From an uncultured virus (IMG/VR IMGVR_UViG_3300035681_000004) (Duplodnaviria > Heunggongvirae > Uroviricota > Caudoviricetes): a stretch of 64,000 nucleotides of DNA. Made by a program: the position numbers and the translations under genes. Shown here in pieces: positions 38,905 to 46,379 of the stretch. The stretch's first letter is position 1. Each line of letters begins with the position of its first letter. The stretch lies in IMG/VR virus record IMGVR_UViG_3300035681_000004; one strand, given 5' to 3'. A model generated the notes under the pieces. The model ran no database searches, was not told the DNA's origin, and saw only the letters and a list, made by a program, of their open reading frames with translations.

Positions 38905-38947
38905 TTGGATTACCTCGGATTAATTGGATTCGGGGGATTACTCGGAT

Positions 38948-38976
38948 AGTATAACAGAGATTGCCTCAGCGGTCAA
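38948..38976 (-). promoter_or_regulatory. Sigma70-type promoter of gp32: TTGACC-N17-TATACT
   Basis: Near-consensus hexamers with 17-nt spacer. Confidence 0.75.
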
Positions 38977-39298
38977 TGTACTGCTTAAGGGACTCAATGG
39001 TTTTGTTCATACTACTGAATAATATGTTCATATCAGTTTCTGGTGGGAATCCCATCAGGGCAACTGACTTGCGTAGGTTCTCTTTCATTTCAACCGCTTG
39101 CGGATCGTCTGAGAGAGATAACCTAGTATACATCACTCTTTGCTTTTCAAGCAAGAGTTCAAGTTTTTCAATGTGTTCCAGTTTGGTCTCACGGGACATC
39201 ACACCAAAAGTGAGAATACTTCCGTATATCTCCTCTTGTAACTTATTGATTTCTTTCAGTTCTTCCTGAATAATATCGGAGTCGAAAAAACTACTCAT
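38966..39298 (-). CDS. Conserved cyanophage/cyanobacterial protein (DUF1825-like)
   Basis: FFDSDIIQEE..LLEKQRVMYTRLSLSDDP. Confidence 0.7.
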   Translation of the reverse strand: MSSFFDSDIIQEELKEINKLQEEIYGSILTFGVMSRETKLEHIEKLELLLEKQRVMYTRLSLSDDPQAVEMKENLRKSVALMGFPPETDMNILFSSMNKTIESLKQYIDR

Positions 39299-39887
39299 CT
39301 ATGATTTCCCTTAAAATCTTCTTATATTGGAACACGTCAATATTTAGAAATGAAGAATATTTTTTAATTTTCAAACTGACGGTTTCCCACACTGGGTCCA
39401 GAAGTTTCTTATCAAAATCTTTTACGATTGAAAATATTTTGTCGTAGATTACGAATGTTTCTGGAGATAATCTCCCGCTTAGAAACCTTTTTAGGACTAT
39501 AGGGTGCCCTTTGGAACAATTGAACACAGTTTCTAATTCGTTCTCTGAGAACAATTCCGTTGATTGTTCTTTGAACAAGTAAGTCAAACTCTGTTGTCTC
39601 CGCATCCACTCTGCGTAGGTCCTTTCTCCAGAATTGATAATTTCTCCAATCCATAAATTACTCGGGTTGTCTGCTTCTACAAAGTTTGATATTAGAAAAT
39701 CTAAAACTTCTTTATCAGAATATTTACGACTGGTCTTCTCGAACCAGTATTTGTCCTTGCGTTTATTGAAAGAAGTTACACTGGCACGTGTCTTCGCACC
39801 ATATTTAAAGAAATCGTATTTTGGATTCGTGAAATGATTTTTAAGTGACAAATAATGTTGATAAGTTTCAAAGGGAGTCACAATCAT
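39291..39887 (-). CDS. gp59: Helicase loader gp59
   Basis: YLSLKNHF..YDFFKY..SFNKRKDKYWFEK; SPETF. Confidence 0.88.
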   Translation of the reverse strand: MIVTPFETYQHYLSLKNHFTNPKYDFFKYGAKTRASVTSFNKRKDKYWFEKTSRKYSDKEVLDFLISNFVEADNPSNLWIGEIINSGERTYAEWMRRQQSLTYLFKEQSTELFSENELETVFNCSKGHPIVLKRFLSGRLSPETFVIYDKIFSIVKDFDKKLLDPVWETVSLKIKKYSSFLNIDVFQYKKILREIIDE

Positions 39888-40144
39888 AAAGGCAGTTTTG
39901 CTCTCGATGTTCGCTTCATAAAGTTAAGACGAGTTGCGTCCCACTTTAGTTTCTCTTTCAAAGGTTTTGAAATGAGTTTCGTAACCGATTCTACCTCAAG
40001 ACTATTGATTTCGCAATAATGACAAATTGCATCGATATAGTTGAAGTTTTCTTCTGCTACAATCTTTTCAATCTCAAGAGCAAACTTGGAAGGCGTTAAA
40101 AACTTATTCTCTATTGCTTGTTCTAGTTCTTTATTTGGTTCCAT
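39884..40144 (-). CDS. gp33: Late transcription coactivator gp33
   Basis: FALEIEKIV..NYIDAI..LISKPLKEKL..LNF; ATG 40144 preferred. Confidence 0.85.
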   Translation of the reverse strand: MEPNKELEQAIENKFLTPSKFALEIEKIVAEENFNYIDAICHYCEINSLEVESVTKLISKPLKEKLKWDATRLNFMKRTSRAKLPL

Positions 40145-40811
40145 AGAGCTCCAGTTTATCTCTAACAAACTTTCTAATGTATTTGCTGAGGAGTTTGATG
40201 TACTTTGATTTGTCTCTTTCTTCATAAACGACGCATTCTCCATTTTCACAAGCCATAATGATTACAAGTTTTTTAACAGACAATCCTGTTAGTTCGTATA
40301 GCATACAACCATATGCCATACATTGAACAAAATAATGTTCGATCCACTCGCGTGGTTTTGGTTTTTTAGAAGTCTTAAAGTCGATTATTGCTAACTCGCC
40401 GTCATATTCGGCAATACAATCAACTGTCCCAGCAATACCCAGTTGCTTACTATATAGGGACCCTTCAAGGGCGTAGATATTATTTATACGATTTAAGTCT
40501 GATTTTGATATCTTAAACAAAAAATCAGAAAGAGGTTGAACTTCTGGTAGTTTCTCATTTTTAAGGTGATGTTCTACCAAAGTATGCATATCAGTTCCAC
40601 GACTGGTTGCCGCTTTAGTCACACGATCTGCTTCTTCTTCACCAACTTTTTTGCGCCAGTTAACAAAGATTTCCTTGTTAAAATGACTGGTCACCGAAGT
40701 AATGGAGACCAGTCGGATAAGTTCATCTTCGTCTGGGACTTTGTAGTACCTTACACCATCAATGGTTTCACGCTCCAACTGAGGGAGTTCAATATCAATA
40801 TGATTAAACAT
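40131..40811 (-). CDS. PD-(D/E)xK exonuclease (Cas4-like)
   Basis: SITSV, RGTDMH, AGTVDCIAE..IIDFKTS, QCMAY. Confidence 0.85.
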   Translation of the reverse strand: MFNHIDIELPQLERETIDGVRYYKVPDEDELIRLVSITSVTSHFNKEIFVNWRKKVGEEEADRVTKAATSRGTDMHTLVEHHLKNEKLPEVQPLSDFLFKISKSDLNRINNIYALEGSLYSKQLGIAGTVDCIAEYDGELAIIDFKTSKKPKPREWIEHYFVQCMAYGCMLYELTGLSVKKLVIIMACENGECVVYEERDKSKYIKLLSKYIRKFVRDKLELYGTK

Positions 40812-41566
40812 TAAAAACCAGCATCAATTTTTGCAATAATGTACTCCTTAACAAGTCCAGAACGAACAATGTCTTCTACACCAAATTCAATTATATCAAA
40901 AGAATTCATTTTACGCAAGACTGTCATAAAGTCTACAATACCATTACGCTCATTTGTTTTCTGCAAGTCTGACTGAGAAGCATCACCACAGAATACAATC
41001 TTGGTATTTTCACCAACACGAGTAATGATAGAATCTAATTCGTGGAAGTTCAGATTCTGAAACTCGTCTACAATGATAATTGCATTATCAAGAGTAGTTC
41101 CACGAAGAAAAGAAGTGCTCCAAAACTTAATCGTTTCCTGTGACTTTAGATTGCCATAAAGCATTTCAAAGTCAGCATCAGAAGGCATCTGGAACATATA
41201 CTTCACCATATTCTTATAAGGAATCTGGTAGATATCTGCCTTATCATCGTGCGTTCCAGGAAGAAAACCAATTTCTCTTGTTGCAACTAATGAACGAACA
41301 AGATAAATTCTTTCATAAGGAGTTGATTCATCTAAAACGTCTTGAAGGGCATTGTAGAGAGAAATAAAAGTTTTACCCGTTCCTGCACATCCATAAGCAA
41401 CTAAATGTTTTCCAGCAGCATATGATTCAAACAAACGTTTTTGATTCTCTGTAAGAGGATCAATATCAACCAAGTAATCTGAACTCAGAGGTTTTCTCCT
41501 CTTCATTTGTTTCGCAGTCAAACCAACTCCGATTGGTTGGTCATTCGTTCTTTTTCTTCTTGCCAT
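40811..41566 (-). CDS. phoH: PhoH-family ATPase
   Basis: GCAGTGKT, REIGFLPG, SFLRGTT, DEFQN, GDASQSD, RSGLVKE. Confidence 0.95.
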   Translation of the reverse strand: MARRKRTNDQPIGVGLTAKQMKRRKPLSSDYLVDIDPLTENQKRLFESYAAGKHLVAYGCAGTGKTFISLYNALQDVLDESTPYERIYLVRSLVATREIGFLPGTHDDKADIYQIPYKNMVKYMFQMPSDADFEMLYGNLKSQETIKFWSTSFLRGTTLDNAIIIVDEFQNLNFHELDSIITRVGENTKIVFCGDASQSDLQKTNERNGIVDFMTVLRKMNSFDIIEFGVEDIVRSGLVKEYIIAKIDAGF

Positions 41567-41567
41567 C

Positions 41568-41816
41568 TTAGAGTTTCTTAACAGTTGAACCTGGTGCTTT
41601 CGATGCCTTTTCTAAGACATCATTCCATCCTGGATTGCGATTGATGAGTTTATTTCTCCACTCACCAACCTCACCAGGAGAAGGGCAAGTAGAGGGATCT
41701 GACCAATCACGAATCCATTCAGGATTATCTTTTTTCCACTGGTCCCAGACGTGGATACTCATTTCCACTTCTTTCTGTTCACCAGTTTTGGTATTGACTA
41801 CAGGATATACAGGCAT
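41568..41816 (-). CDS. Conserved T4-like-phage protein (FmdB-like, lacking zinc cysteines)
   Basis: MPVYPVVNTKTGE..GWNDVL.K..KAPGS. Confidence 0.6.
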   Translation of the reverse strand: MPVYPVVNTKTGEQKEVEMSIHVWDQWKKDNPEWIRDWSDPSTCPSPGEVGEWRNKLINRNPGWNDVLEKASKAPGSTVKKL

Positions 41817-41842
41817 AAAGTTACGAATTCAAGATAAAATAT

Positions 41843-42478
41843 TTAGATCCATTCAAGAGCTTCTGAAACTGTTGGGAACTGTTCGGAAAACACCTTCTTA
41901 CATTCCAGAGCAATGTCCATATGCTCTTTCTGAGTTCCATTGGCAGAACGAAGATTGATGTAATGAATCCACGACCTACAAGATCCCGTCATATAAATGC
42001 GTGTAGGAGTCGCCAGAGGCAGTACAAAGCGAGCACTCTCCTTGGCGATACCGTGACTCAGAAGTTCCTTGTAGAGGCGCATAGAGTGTGCAAAATGCTC
42101 TTGAATCTTACTTTGAAGACCTAGTTTCTCATACTCAGGAATATCATCAATCGAGTTCTGACGATTCTTATTATCTTGACGACGAAGATCAGGAACAGGA
42201 ATATATTCAGAAATCAGTGAACTATCGGCATAACGCTGAGAAAACTCTTGAAATGTGAATGACCTATGACGCAAAATCTGAGCAGCAATACCACGATTCG
42301 TTTCAATCTCTAAAGTCATAGAAGACTGTTCAAACACAGACCAATGATTATGCTTAATGCAATAAGCAAGCAACTTGGCATAGTTCTCAGATGCCTGATT
42401 AGCAGGATTAGAGACTCGTGCAATGAACGCCATTGTTTTTTCTGCATCGGGAGTCACGCTGATAAGTTTTACAGTCAT
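41843..42478 (-). CDS. thyX: FAD-dependent thymidylate synthase
   Basis: HWSVFEQ, QILRHRSFTFQEFSQRY, KESARFVLP, TQKEH. Confidence 0.95.
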   Translation of the reverse strand: MTVKLISVTPDAEKTMAFIARVSNPANQASENYAKLLAYCIKHNHWSVFEQSSMTLEIETNRGIAAQILRHRSFTFQEFSQRYADSSLISEYIPVPDLRRQDNKNRQNSIDDIPEYEKLGLQSKIQEHFAHSMRLYKELLSHGIAKESARFVLPLATPTRIYMTGSCRSWIHYINLRSANGTQKEHMDIALECKKVFSEQFPTVSEALEWI

Positions 42479-42642
42479 TTCTTTCCAAATCCTTTTGATG
42501 TTTTTGCTTCAAGATCTGCAAGTTCTTGTTTCACGACTCGCAGTTGTTTTTTCATTTCAATTAATTTTTCAGGAGAATATAAGTGCTCCTGCTTCGTCAT
42601 TCTTTCTAGAAGTTTTACTAATTCTCTTGCTCTATTGGTCAT
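42475..42642 (-). CDS. Small hypothetical protein, 55 aa (MTNRARELVKLLERM...KGFGKK)
   Basis: Manually read; ATGA coupling to thyX. Confidence 0.7.
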   Translation of the reverse strand: MTNRARELVKLLERMTKQEHLYSPEKLIEMKKQLRVVKQELADLEAKTSKGFGKK

Positions 42643-42808
42643 CTAAATCAGAATCCTCGAAAATTTCGTCGTAATCTAAAATTGGTCTTTTCCTTACTTC
42701 TGGATTTGTATAAGAATATGCAGATACATCAGAATAAACCTCTGCCTTCAAAGAGTCCACCAGGAGTTCAAGATTACGAACAAGAAGTTTTAATTTGTCT
42801 TTGTCCAT
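42632..42808 (-). CDS. Small hypothetical protein, 58 aa (MDKDKLKLLVRNLELLVDSLKAEVYSD...)
   Basis: Manually read ORF. Confidence 0.7.
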   Translation of the reverse strand: MDKDKLKLLVRNLELLVDSLKAEVYSDVSAYSYTNPEVRKRPILDYDEIFEDSDLDDQ

Positions 42809-42829
42809 AAAATACTATTCTCTTCAGGC

Positions 42830-42866
42830 ATTTTACCATAAAAAAAGAGGGGTAGTCAACCCCCCG
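42830..42866 (-). terminator. Intrinsic terminator with embedded sigma70-type promoter (TTGACT-N18-TAAAAT)
   Basis: GGGG-TTGACTA-CCCC followed by T-tract; -35 hexamer in the hairpin. Confidence 0.65.
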
Positions 42867-42871
42867 TTTAC

Positions 42872-43048
42872 TTATGACTTGATTAACAACTCCCTACAAA
42901 TTCTTTTACAAGTTTGTTTTTCATCATCACACTCAATTAAACAATTAAAATAATCATTAACTAAGTCGTTCTGTTCATTAGATCGTTCTACTGTCTCCTC
43001 AAAGTGTTCCCATCCAGCTAGTTGATTGTAAGAGATTAGGTTGTGCAT
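42872..43048 (-). CDS. Small Cys-containing hypothetical protein (MHNLISYNQL..DYFNCLIECDD..CKRICR)
   Basis: GGAGG 7 nt before ATG 43048. Confidence 0.75.
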   Translation of the reverse strand: MHNLISYNQLAGWEHFEETVERSNEQNDLVNDYFNCLIECDDEKQTCKRICRELLIKS

Positions 43049-43182
43049 AATAACCTCCATGCACATAGAATAACATAACAAAGGGGTTTTCGTTCATACG
43101 TTTCACCTCTATATTCTACTACTATCTAGGTGTTTTGTGTTGATTCCTTAACAATAATTTATGCCTACGAGTTTATACCTAT

Positions 43183-43208
43183 TAAAAAAGGAGGGAATCA
43201 ACCCCTCC
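43183..43208 (-). terminator. Intrinsic terminator
   Basis: GGAGGG-N-CCCTCC followed by T-tract. Confidence 0.7.
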
Positions 43209-43213
43209 GATTT

Positions 43214-43297
43214 CTACTTAAATAAAAATTGAATATAAAGAGACAATAACACTATTGCAACCGCAGATCCTGCTGCAATTTGTAATATTGCAAACAT
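43214..43297 (-). CDS. 27-aa hydrophobic peptide (MFAILQIAAGSAVAIVLLSLYIQFLFK)
   Basis: TGATG coupling with upstream ORF. Confidence 0.55.
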   Translation of the reverse strand: MFAILQIAAGSAVAIVLLSLYIQFLFK

Positions 43298-43395
43298 CAC
43301 TTTGCTCCAACTAGTTGTGCTAATTGTGCTTGGTGACGACGCTCTTCTTTTTGTTTTTGTTCTTTGATAAGTTGTAGGAAGTTTAGCTTTTGCAT
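43297..43395 (-). CDS. 32-aa peptide (MQKLNFLQLIKEQKQKEERRHQAQLAQLVGAK)
   Basis: TGATG coupling at both ends; GGAGG upstream. Confidence 0.65.
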   Translation of the reverse strand: MQKLNFLQLIKEQKQKEERRHQAQLAQLVGAK

Positions 43396-43532
43396 CACTT
43401 ATGTCCCTCCTTTACAAACTTAACACCACGATAGGTTTCGTTGTATTGTTGGGCTTGTTGTTGCATTTGCTGTTGATACTGAATACGCTTTTCAGTATCG
43501 TATTCAACGCCCCTGTAGACAATTTTAGCCAT
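43395..43532 (-). CDS. DUF4278-like 'downstream peptide', 45 aa, Gln-rich
   Basis: IVYRGVEY and TYRGVKF motifs. Confidence 0.8.
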   Translation of the reverse strand: MAKIVYRGVEYDTEKRIQYQQQMQQQAQQYNETYRGVKFVKEGHK

Positions 43533-43568
43533 TTGTTTTCCCCTAAAGAAATGAGAGTTTTTAATTCC

Positions 43569-43737
43569 CGTTCCTTCAGTCGGCTTTTGCGTCTATTTTA
43601 CACTCTTTTGGAGAAATCTGTTTTATTTCCCAAATCAAGTCATTTTTGGCTTGTTTTGGAATATCAACTTTATGAATTCTCCCAACCATTAACTGTGCTT
43701 GTAGGCAAGTTAAAATGAGTGTTTCCATAGATGAACG
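43569..43737 (-). ncRNA. Glutamine-riboswitch-like element 2 (glnA/Downstream-peptide type) with an ORF in P2
   Basis: CGTTCA-TCTAT ... ATAGA-CGCAAAAGCCGACTGAAGGAACG. Confidence 0.65.
43576..43728 (-). CDS. 50-aa protein nested in element 2 (METLILTCLQAQL...ECKIDAKAD)
   Basis: ATG within P2 5' strand; stop inside aptamer 3' half. Confidence 0.65.
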   Translation of the reverse strand: METLILTCLQAQLMVGRIHKVDIPKQAKNDLIWEIKQISPKECKIDAKAD

Positions 43738-43740
43738 TTC

Positions 43741-43992
43741 CGTTCCGAGTCGGCTTACTTGCGTCCTATTTAATTTTAGCACTTAAGTTTTATAACGTCC
43801 TTTCGGAGTTCTGATAGCAATCGGTTTTCTTTTCTTTGGTCTACTACATCGTCGTTTTTAACGATGTCCATTAGTTCCCACGCTGCGTCGCAACTTATTG
43901 TCACCTGATTTGATTTGGCAAGTTGTGGCGTAGAAATAGAAAGAAGTGGAACCCATGCTAAAAGCAAAAGTGCTTTAGTCATAGGATGAACG
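43741..43992 (-). ncRNA. Glutamine-riboswitch-like element 1 with an ORF in P2
   Basis: CGTTCA-TCCTAT ... ATAGGA-CGCAAGTAAGCCGACTCGGAACG. Confidence 0.65.
43776..43982 (-). CDS. 68-aa protein with signal-peptide-like N-terminus nested in element 1
   Basis: ORF track; hydrophobic N-terminus; two Cys. Confidence 0.65.
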   Translation of the reverse strand: MTKALLLLAWVPLLSISTPQLAKSNQVTISCDAAWELMDIVKNDDVVDQRKENRLLSELRKDVIKLKC

Positions 43993-44039
43993 TTAGAGGA
44001 TTATTATACCTCTATTCACTGTATTTAGGAAGTTTTGTG

Positions 44040-44055
44040 TGTATTTCCTGATACA
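44040..44055. promoter_or_regulatory. NtcA-type binding site TGTA-N8-TACA
   Basis: tGTAtttcctgaTACa, upstream of TATAAT (44003-44008, minus strand). Confidence 0.6.
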
Positions 44056-44115
44056 ATTTTAGAAAACTTTAAGAAGTCAAAATTTTGCCGGGAAATTTTT
44101 CCCCGATCTGGGAAA

Positions 44116-44454
44116 TCACTTTCGCTTTTTCTTTTCGGGTGCTTTATAACCCCAGGTCTTTGGATTATGTCTACCATATCCAAAACCAATACTCTTTAAA
44201 TTTTCACGAAACTTATCCCAGTACATATCAAACAAACGAGTTCTTGTTCCTCTGGTCAGATCGAAACAAATCTTATCATCTACAAGATACTTAATGATAT
44301 AGGCATCATTGGGTGCCTCTTTAGTGCAGACATCAGCATAAGAACCATTTTCAATCAGAATGTCGCAACCATAACGTGACTTACAAGTTTCTTTTTCTGC
44401 GGGTGTCCAATGGTCCATATGCTTTTCCTGTACTTTTTCAAGAACCTGACTCAC
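44116..44454 (-). CDS. Conserved hypothetical protein
   Basis: GTG 44454 overlaps upstream stop; FDMYWDK..GYG..NPK.WG. Confidence 0.7.
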   Translation of the reverse strand: MSQVLEKVQEKHMDHWTPAEKETCKSRYGCDILIENGSYADVCTKEAPNDAYIIKYLVDDKICFDLTRGTRTRLFDMYWDKFRENLKSIGFGYGRHNPKTWGYKAPEKKKRK

Positions 44455-45056
44455 GAACGCCCTCCCCACTGAATGTCGGGATAAGCTTCAGATACAACTT
44501 CCTTTGTAATCTTATACTTTTCTTCAAGTCTTTTATCCTTTACAAGACACAGAATTTCTGCTTCAAAAGGATGAAGTCCTTGTAGGATATTAATGAACAT
44601 TGTTTCTCTACGAAGAGAACTCAGTCCATCATTTCCACCTTTAACGAAATTATAAAACTTCTCATATTCTTTGCGAATCGATGAACGCCCTTGATCCTGA
44701 GATCCTAGAGAGTTACTTCCAAGTTCTCCCATTTTGGAAACAGCGTCATCAATTTTTCCAGAGAGAGTTCCGCTAAATGAAGTCTGTTCATTTGTAGCGG
44801 CATAAGGAACATCTCCAGGAGGAAGAACTGAGATGATACTCTCATCAAAGTTCCAAATAAAAATTGCCTTCAAAGAAGGATGGTCATATTTTCTCAGTGC
44901 TTCAACTTTTTTAGCATTTGATCTTTGCTTTGAAACAAGTTGAAGAACTTCAAATGCAAATGGATTTCCAGGAAGATCTGGAATCTGTTCTGTCTTTGTT
45001 TTGGCAGTAACTGTTTTGGGTTTGCTAGTTACTTTTTTCTGTGTTGTTGTAGTCAT
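44451..45056 (-). CDS. Conserved T4-like hypothetical protein, 201 aa
   Basis: IWNFDE..LPPG.VPY; RRETMFI.IL.GLHP.EAE. Confidence 0.75.
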   Translation of the reverse strand: MTTTTQKKVTSKPKTVTAKTKTEQIPDLPGNPFAFEVLQLVSKQRSNAKKVEALRKYDHPSLKAIFIWNFDESIISVLPPGDVPYAATNEQTSFSGTLSGKIDDAVSKMGELGSNSLGSQDQGRSSIRKEYEKFYNFVKGGNDGLSSLRRETMFINILQGLHPFEAEILCLVKDKRLEEKYKITKEVVSEAYPDIQWGGRS

Positions 45057-45092
45057 AAAAATCCAAAATCTAAATTCATTTACACTATTTAG

Positions 45093-45323
45093 TTATTCCT
45101 CTTCATCCTCATCTTCGTAATCATCGAAGTAATCAGGATTAAAGCTAATTGCTAATACTTCATCAGGAATTACATTGCCTTTGCTATCAAAAAACTCTGG
45201 ATGGAGTTTTGGACGGTCCTGATAATTCATCATATATTCTCGGGCGACCCAACCAGTTACAAGTCCCACTATAAGAAATAATACTGTTAAAAAACAACCT
45301 AAAACCAAACTAGTTGCTAACAT
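45093..45323 (-). CDS. Small membrane protein
   Basis: N-terminal TM helix; HPEFFD..G. Confidence 0.7.
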   Translation of the reverse strand: MLATSLVLGCFLTVLFLIVGLVTGWVAREYMMNYQDRPKLHPEFFDSKGNVIPDEVLAISFNPDYFDDYEDEDEEE

Positions 45324-45561
45324 TTCTTTTTCTCCGGGAAACTACTTTTCTTTTCCTTGATTTAAAGGAAAATTCAAAATAGATGGTTACTTCCCGATTC
45401 AGAAAGCAAACCATCTTTTCAAAGATGATGTGGAAAGGTTGAGTTTGCTTTCTTTTTCCTCCATTAAGAATCAATTCAACACCACGATTAAAGTGGTCTT
45501 CCTTTTTATTTAGGTTAGGATTTGATGATTTGTTGCTCCTTGAGGAATTTGATTGTGTCAA
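45310..45561 (-). CDS. Hypothetical protein (start uncertain)
   Basis: ORF track; fills gap between glutaredoxin and next gene. Confidence 0.55.
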   Translation of the reverse strand: MTQSNSSRSNKSSNPNLNKKEDHFNRGVELILNGGKRKQTQPFHIIFEKMVCFLNREVTIYFEFSFKSRKRKVVSRRKRNVSN

Positions 45562-45757
45562 CGGATCCTCCTATCTTTTGATCATCGCAAACAACTTGAG
45601 GAAAGGTTGATCCTTGCCCAAATTCAGCATAAAACTCTTCTCTAGAGAAATGCTCACCTAAATTATACACTACATAACTACTTCCAGTCAATTCAAGGAC
45701 TTGTTTAACTTTATAGCAATAGGGGCAATTATCTTTAGAATATACTGTGAAATTCAT
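45515..45757 (-). CDS. nrdC: Glutaredoxin
   Basis: CPYC active site; TFPQV; IGG. Confidence 0.9.
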   Translation of the reverse strand: MNFTVYSKDNCPYCYKVKQVLELTGSSYVVYNLGEHFSREEFYAEFGQGSTFPQVVCDDQKIGGSVDTIKFLKEQQIIKS

Positions 45758-45761
45758 TGAA

Positions 45762-45974
45762 TTATTCTGCTGCTACTTCCGCTTCTGCAGTCTCTTCAGC
45801 AACTTCTGGTTCTGGAACAGTCACACCAGTTTGTTGAAGATATTCAATGATTCCTTGGAGTTTCACTGCCATCTCTCTTTTTTCAACAATCTTAGTATTC
45901 AGTTCTTGAATTTCTTGAATCAATTCACTCTGCTGTTGAATAGCAGACTGTAGGTGTAGTTGTTGTTCGTTCAT
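45762..45974 (-). CDS. Small coiled-coil hypothetical protein
   Basis: ORF track; KLQGIIEYL. Confidence 0.7.
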   Translation of the reverse strand: MNEQQLHLQSAIQQQSELIQEIQELNTKIVEKREMAVKLQGIIEYLQQTGVTVPEPEVAEETAEAEVAAE

Positions 45975-45995
45975 TGGTTTCTTTTAAATACTTCT

Positions 45996-46056
45996 ATATT
46001 AAATTAAAAAATTTATTCTGTCAAGTATTGACAAGACCTAAAAAGGCGACTAGACT
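45996..46056. promoter_or_regulatory. Back-to-back sigma70 promoters: (-) TTGACA-N17-TAATAT, (+) TTGACA-N17-TAGACT
   Basis: -35 boxes at 46019-46024 (-) and 46028-46033 (+). Confidence 0.6.
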
Positions 46057-46089
46057 AGGTTTGTCGCCTTTGAAGATCAGGGTTTAGCT

Positions 46090-46347
46090 TCAGCTATGTT
46101 CTGCAACGAATGCTTTACCAGCAGTGATTGCTGCTTCAACATCAGAAAGGTCATCATCAGCACCACTAATGTGCTCGTTACCCATTTGAAGTTCTAAGTG
46201 TGCAACGTTTCTACCAACAGCATCAACGACTTCCTTAGTGACTTCTTCCTTTTCCATCTCACTCGTAATTACCCATACACTATCACGCATTGCAGAGATA
46301 GCACCAGCAATTTCTTCAGCAGTAGGAACTTTAGTTTCTTCAGACAT
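46090..46347 (-). CDS. Hypothetical protein, 85 aa (possible fibre accessory)
   Basis: AGGAG RBS; ATAAATA upstream; RNVAHLE motif. Confidence 0.75.
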   Translation of the reverse strand: MSEETKVPTAEEIAGAISAMRDSVWVITSEMEKEEVTKEVVDAVGRNVAHLELQMGNEHISGADDDLSDVEAAITAGKAFVAEHS

Positions 46348-46379
46348 TGTTTAACTCCTTTTTAGTTTATTTATGAATA

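Noticed and set aside
40131..40811. Cas4-like nuclease as part of a CRISPR system
   Set aside because: Ordinary T4-like core exonuclease between phoH and gp33; no array or other cas genes
43576..43782. Extended 68-aa version of the nested ORF
   Set aside because: Extension runs through aptamer 1 3' half; ATG 43728 parallels the first element
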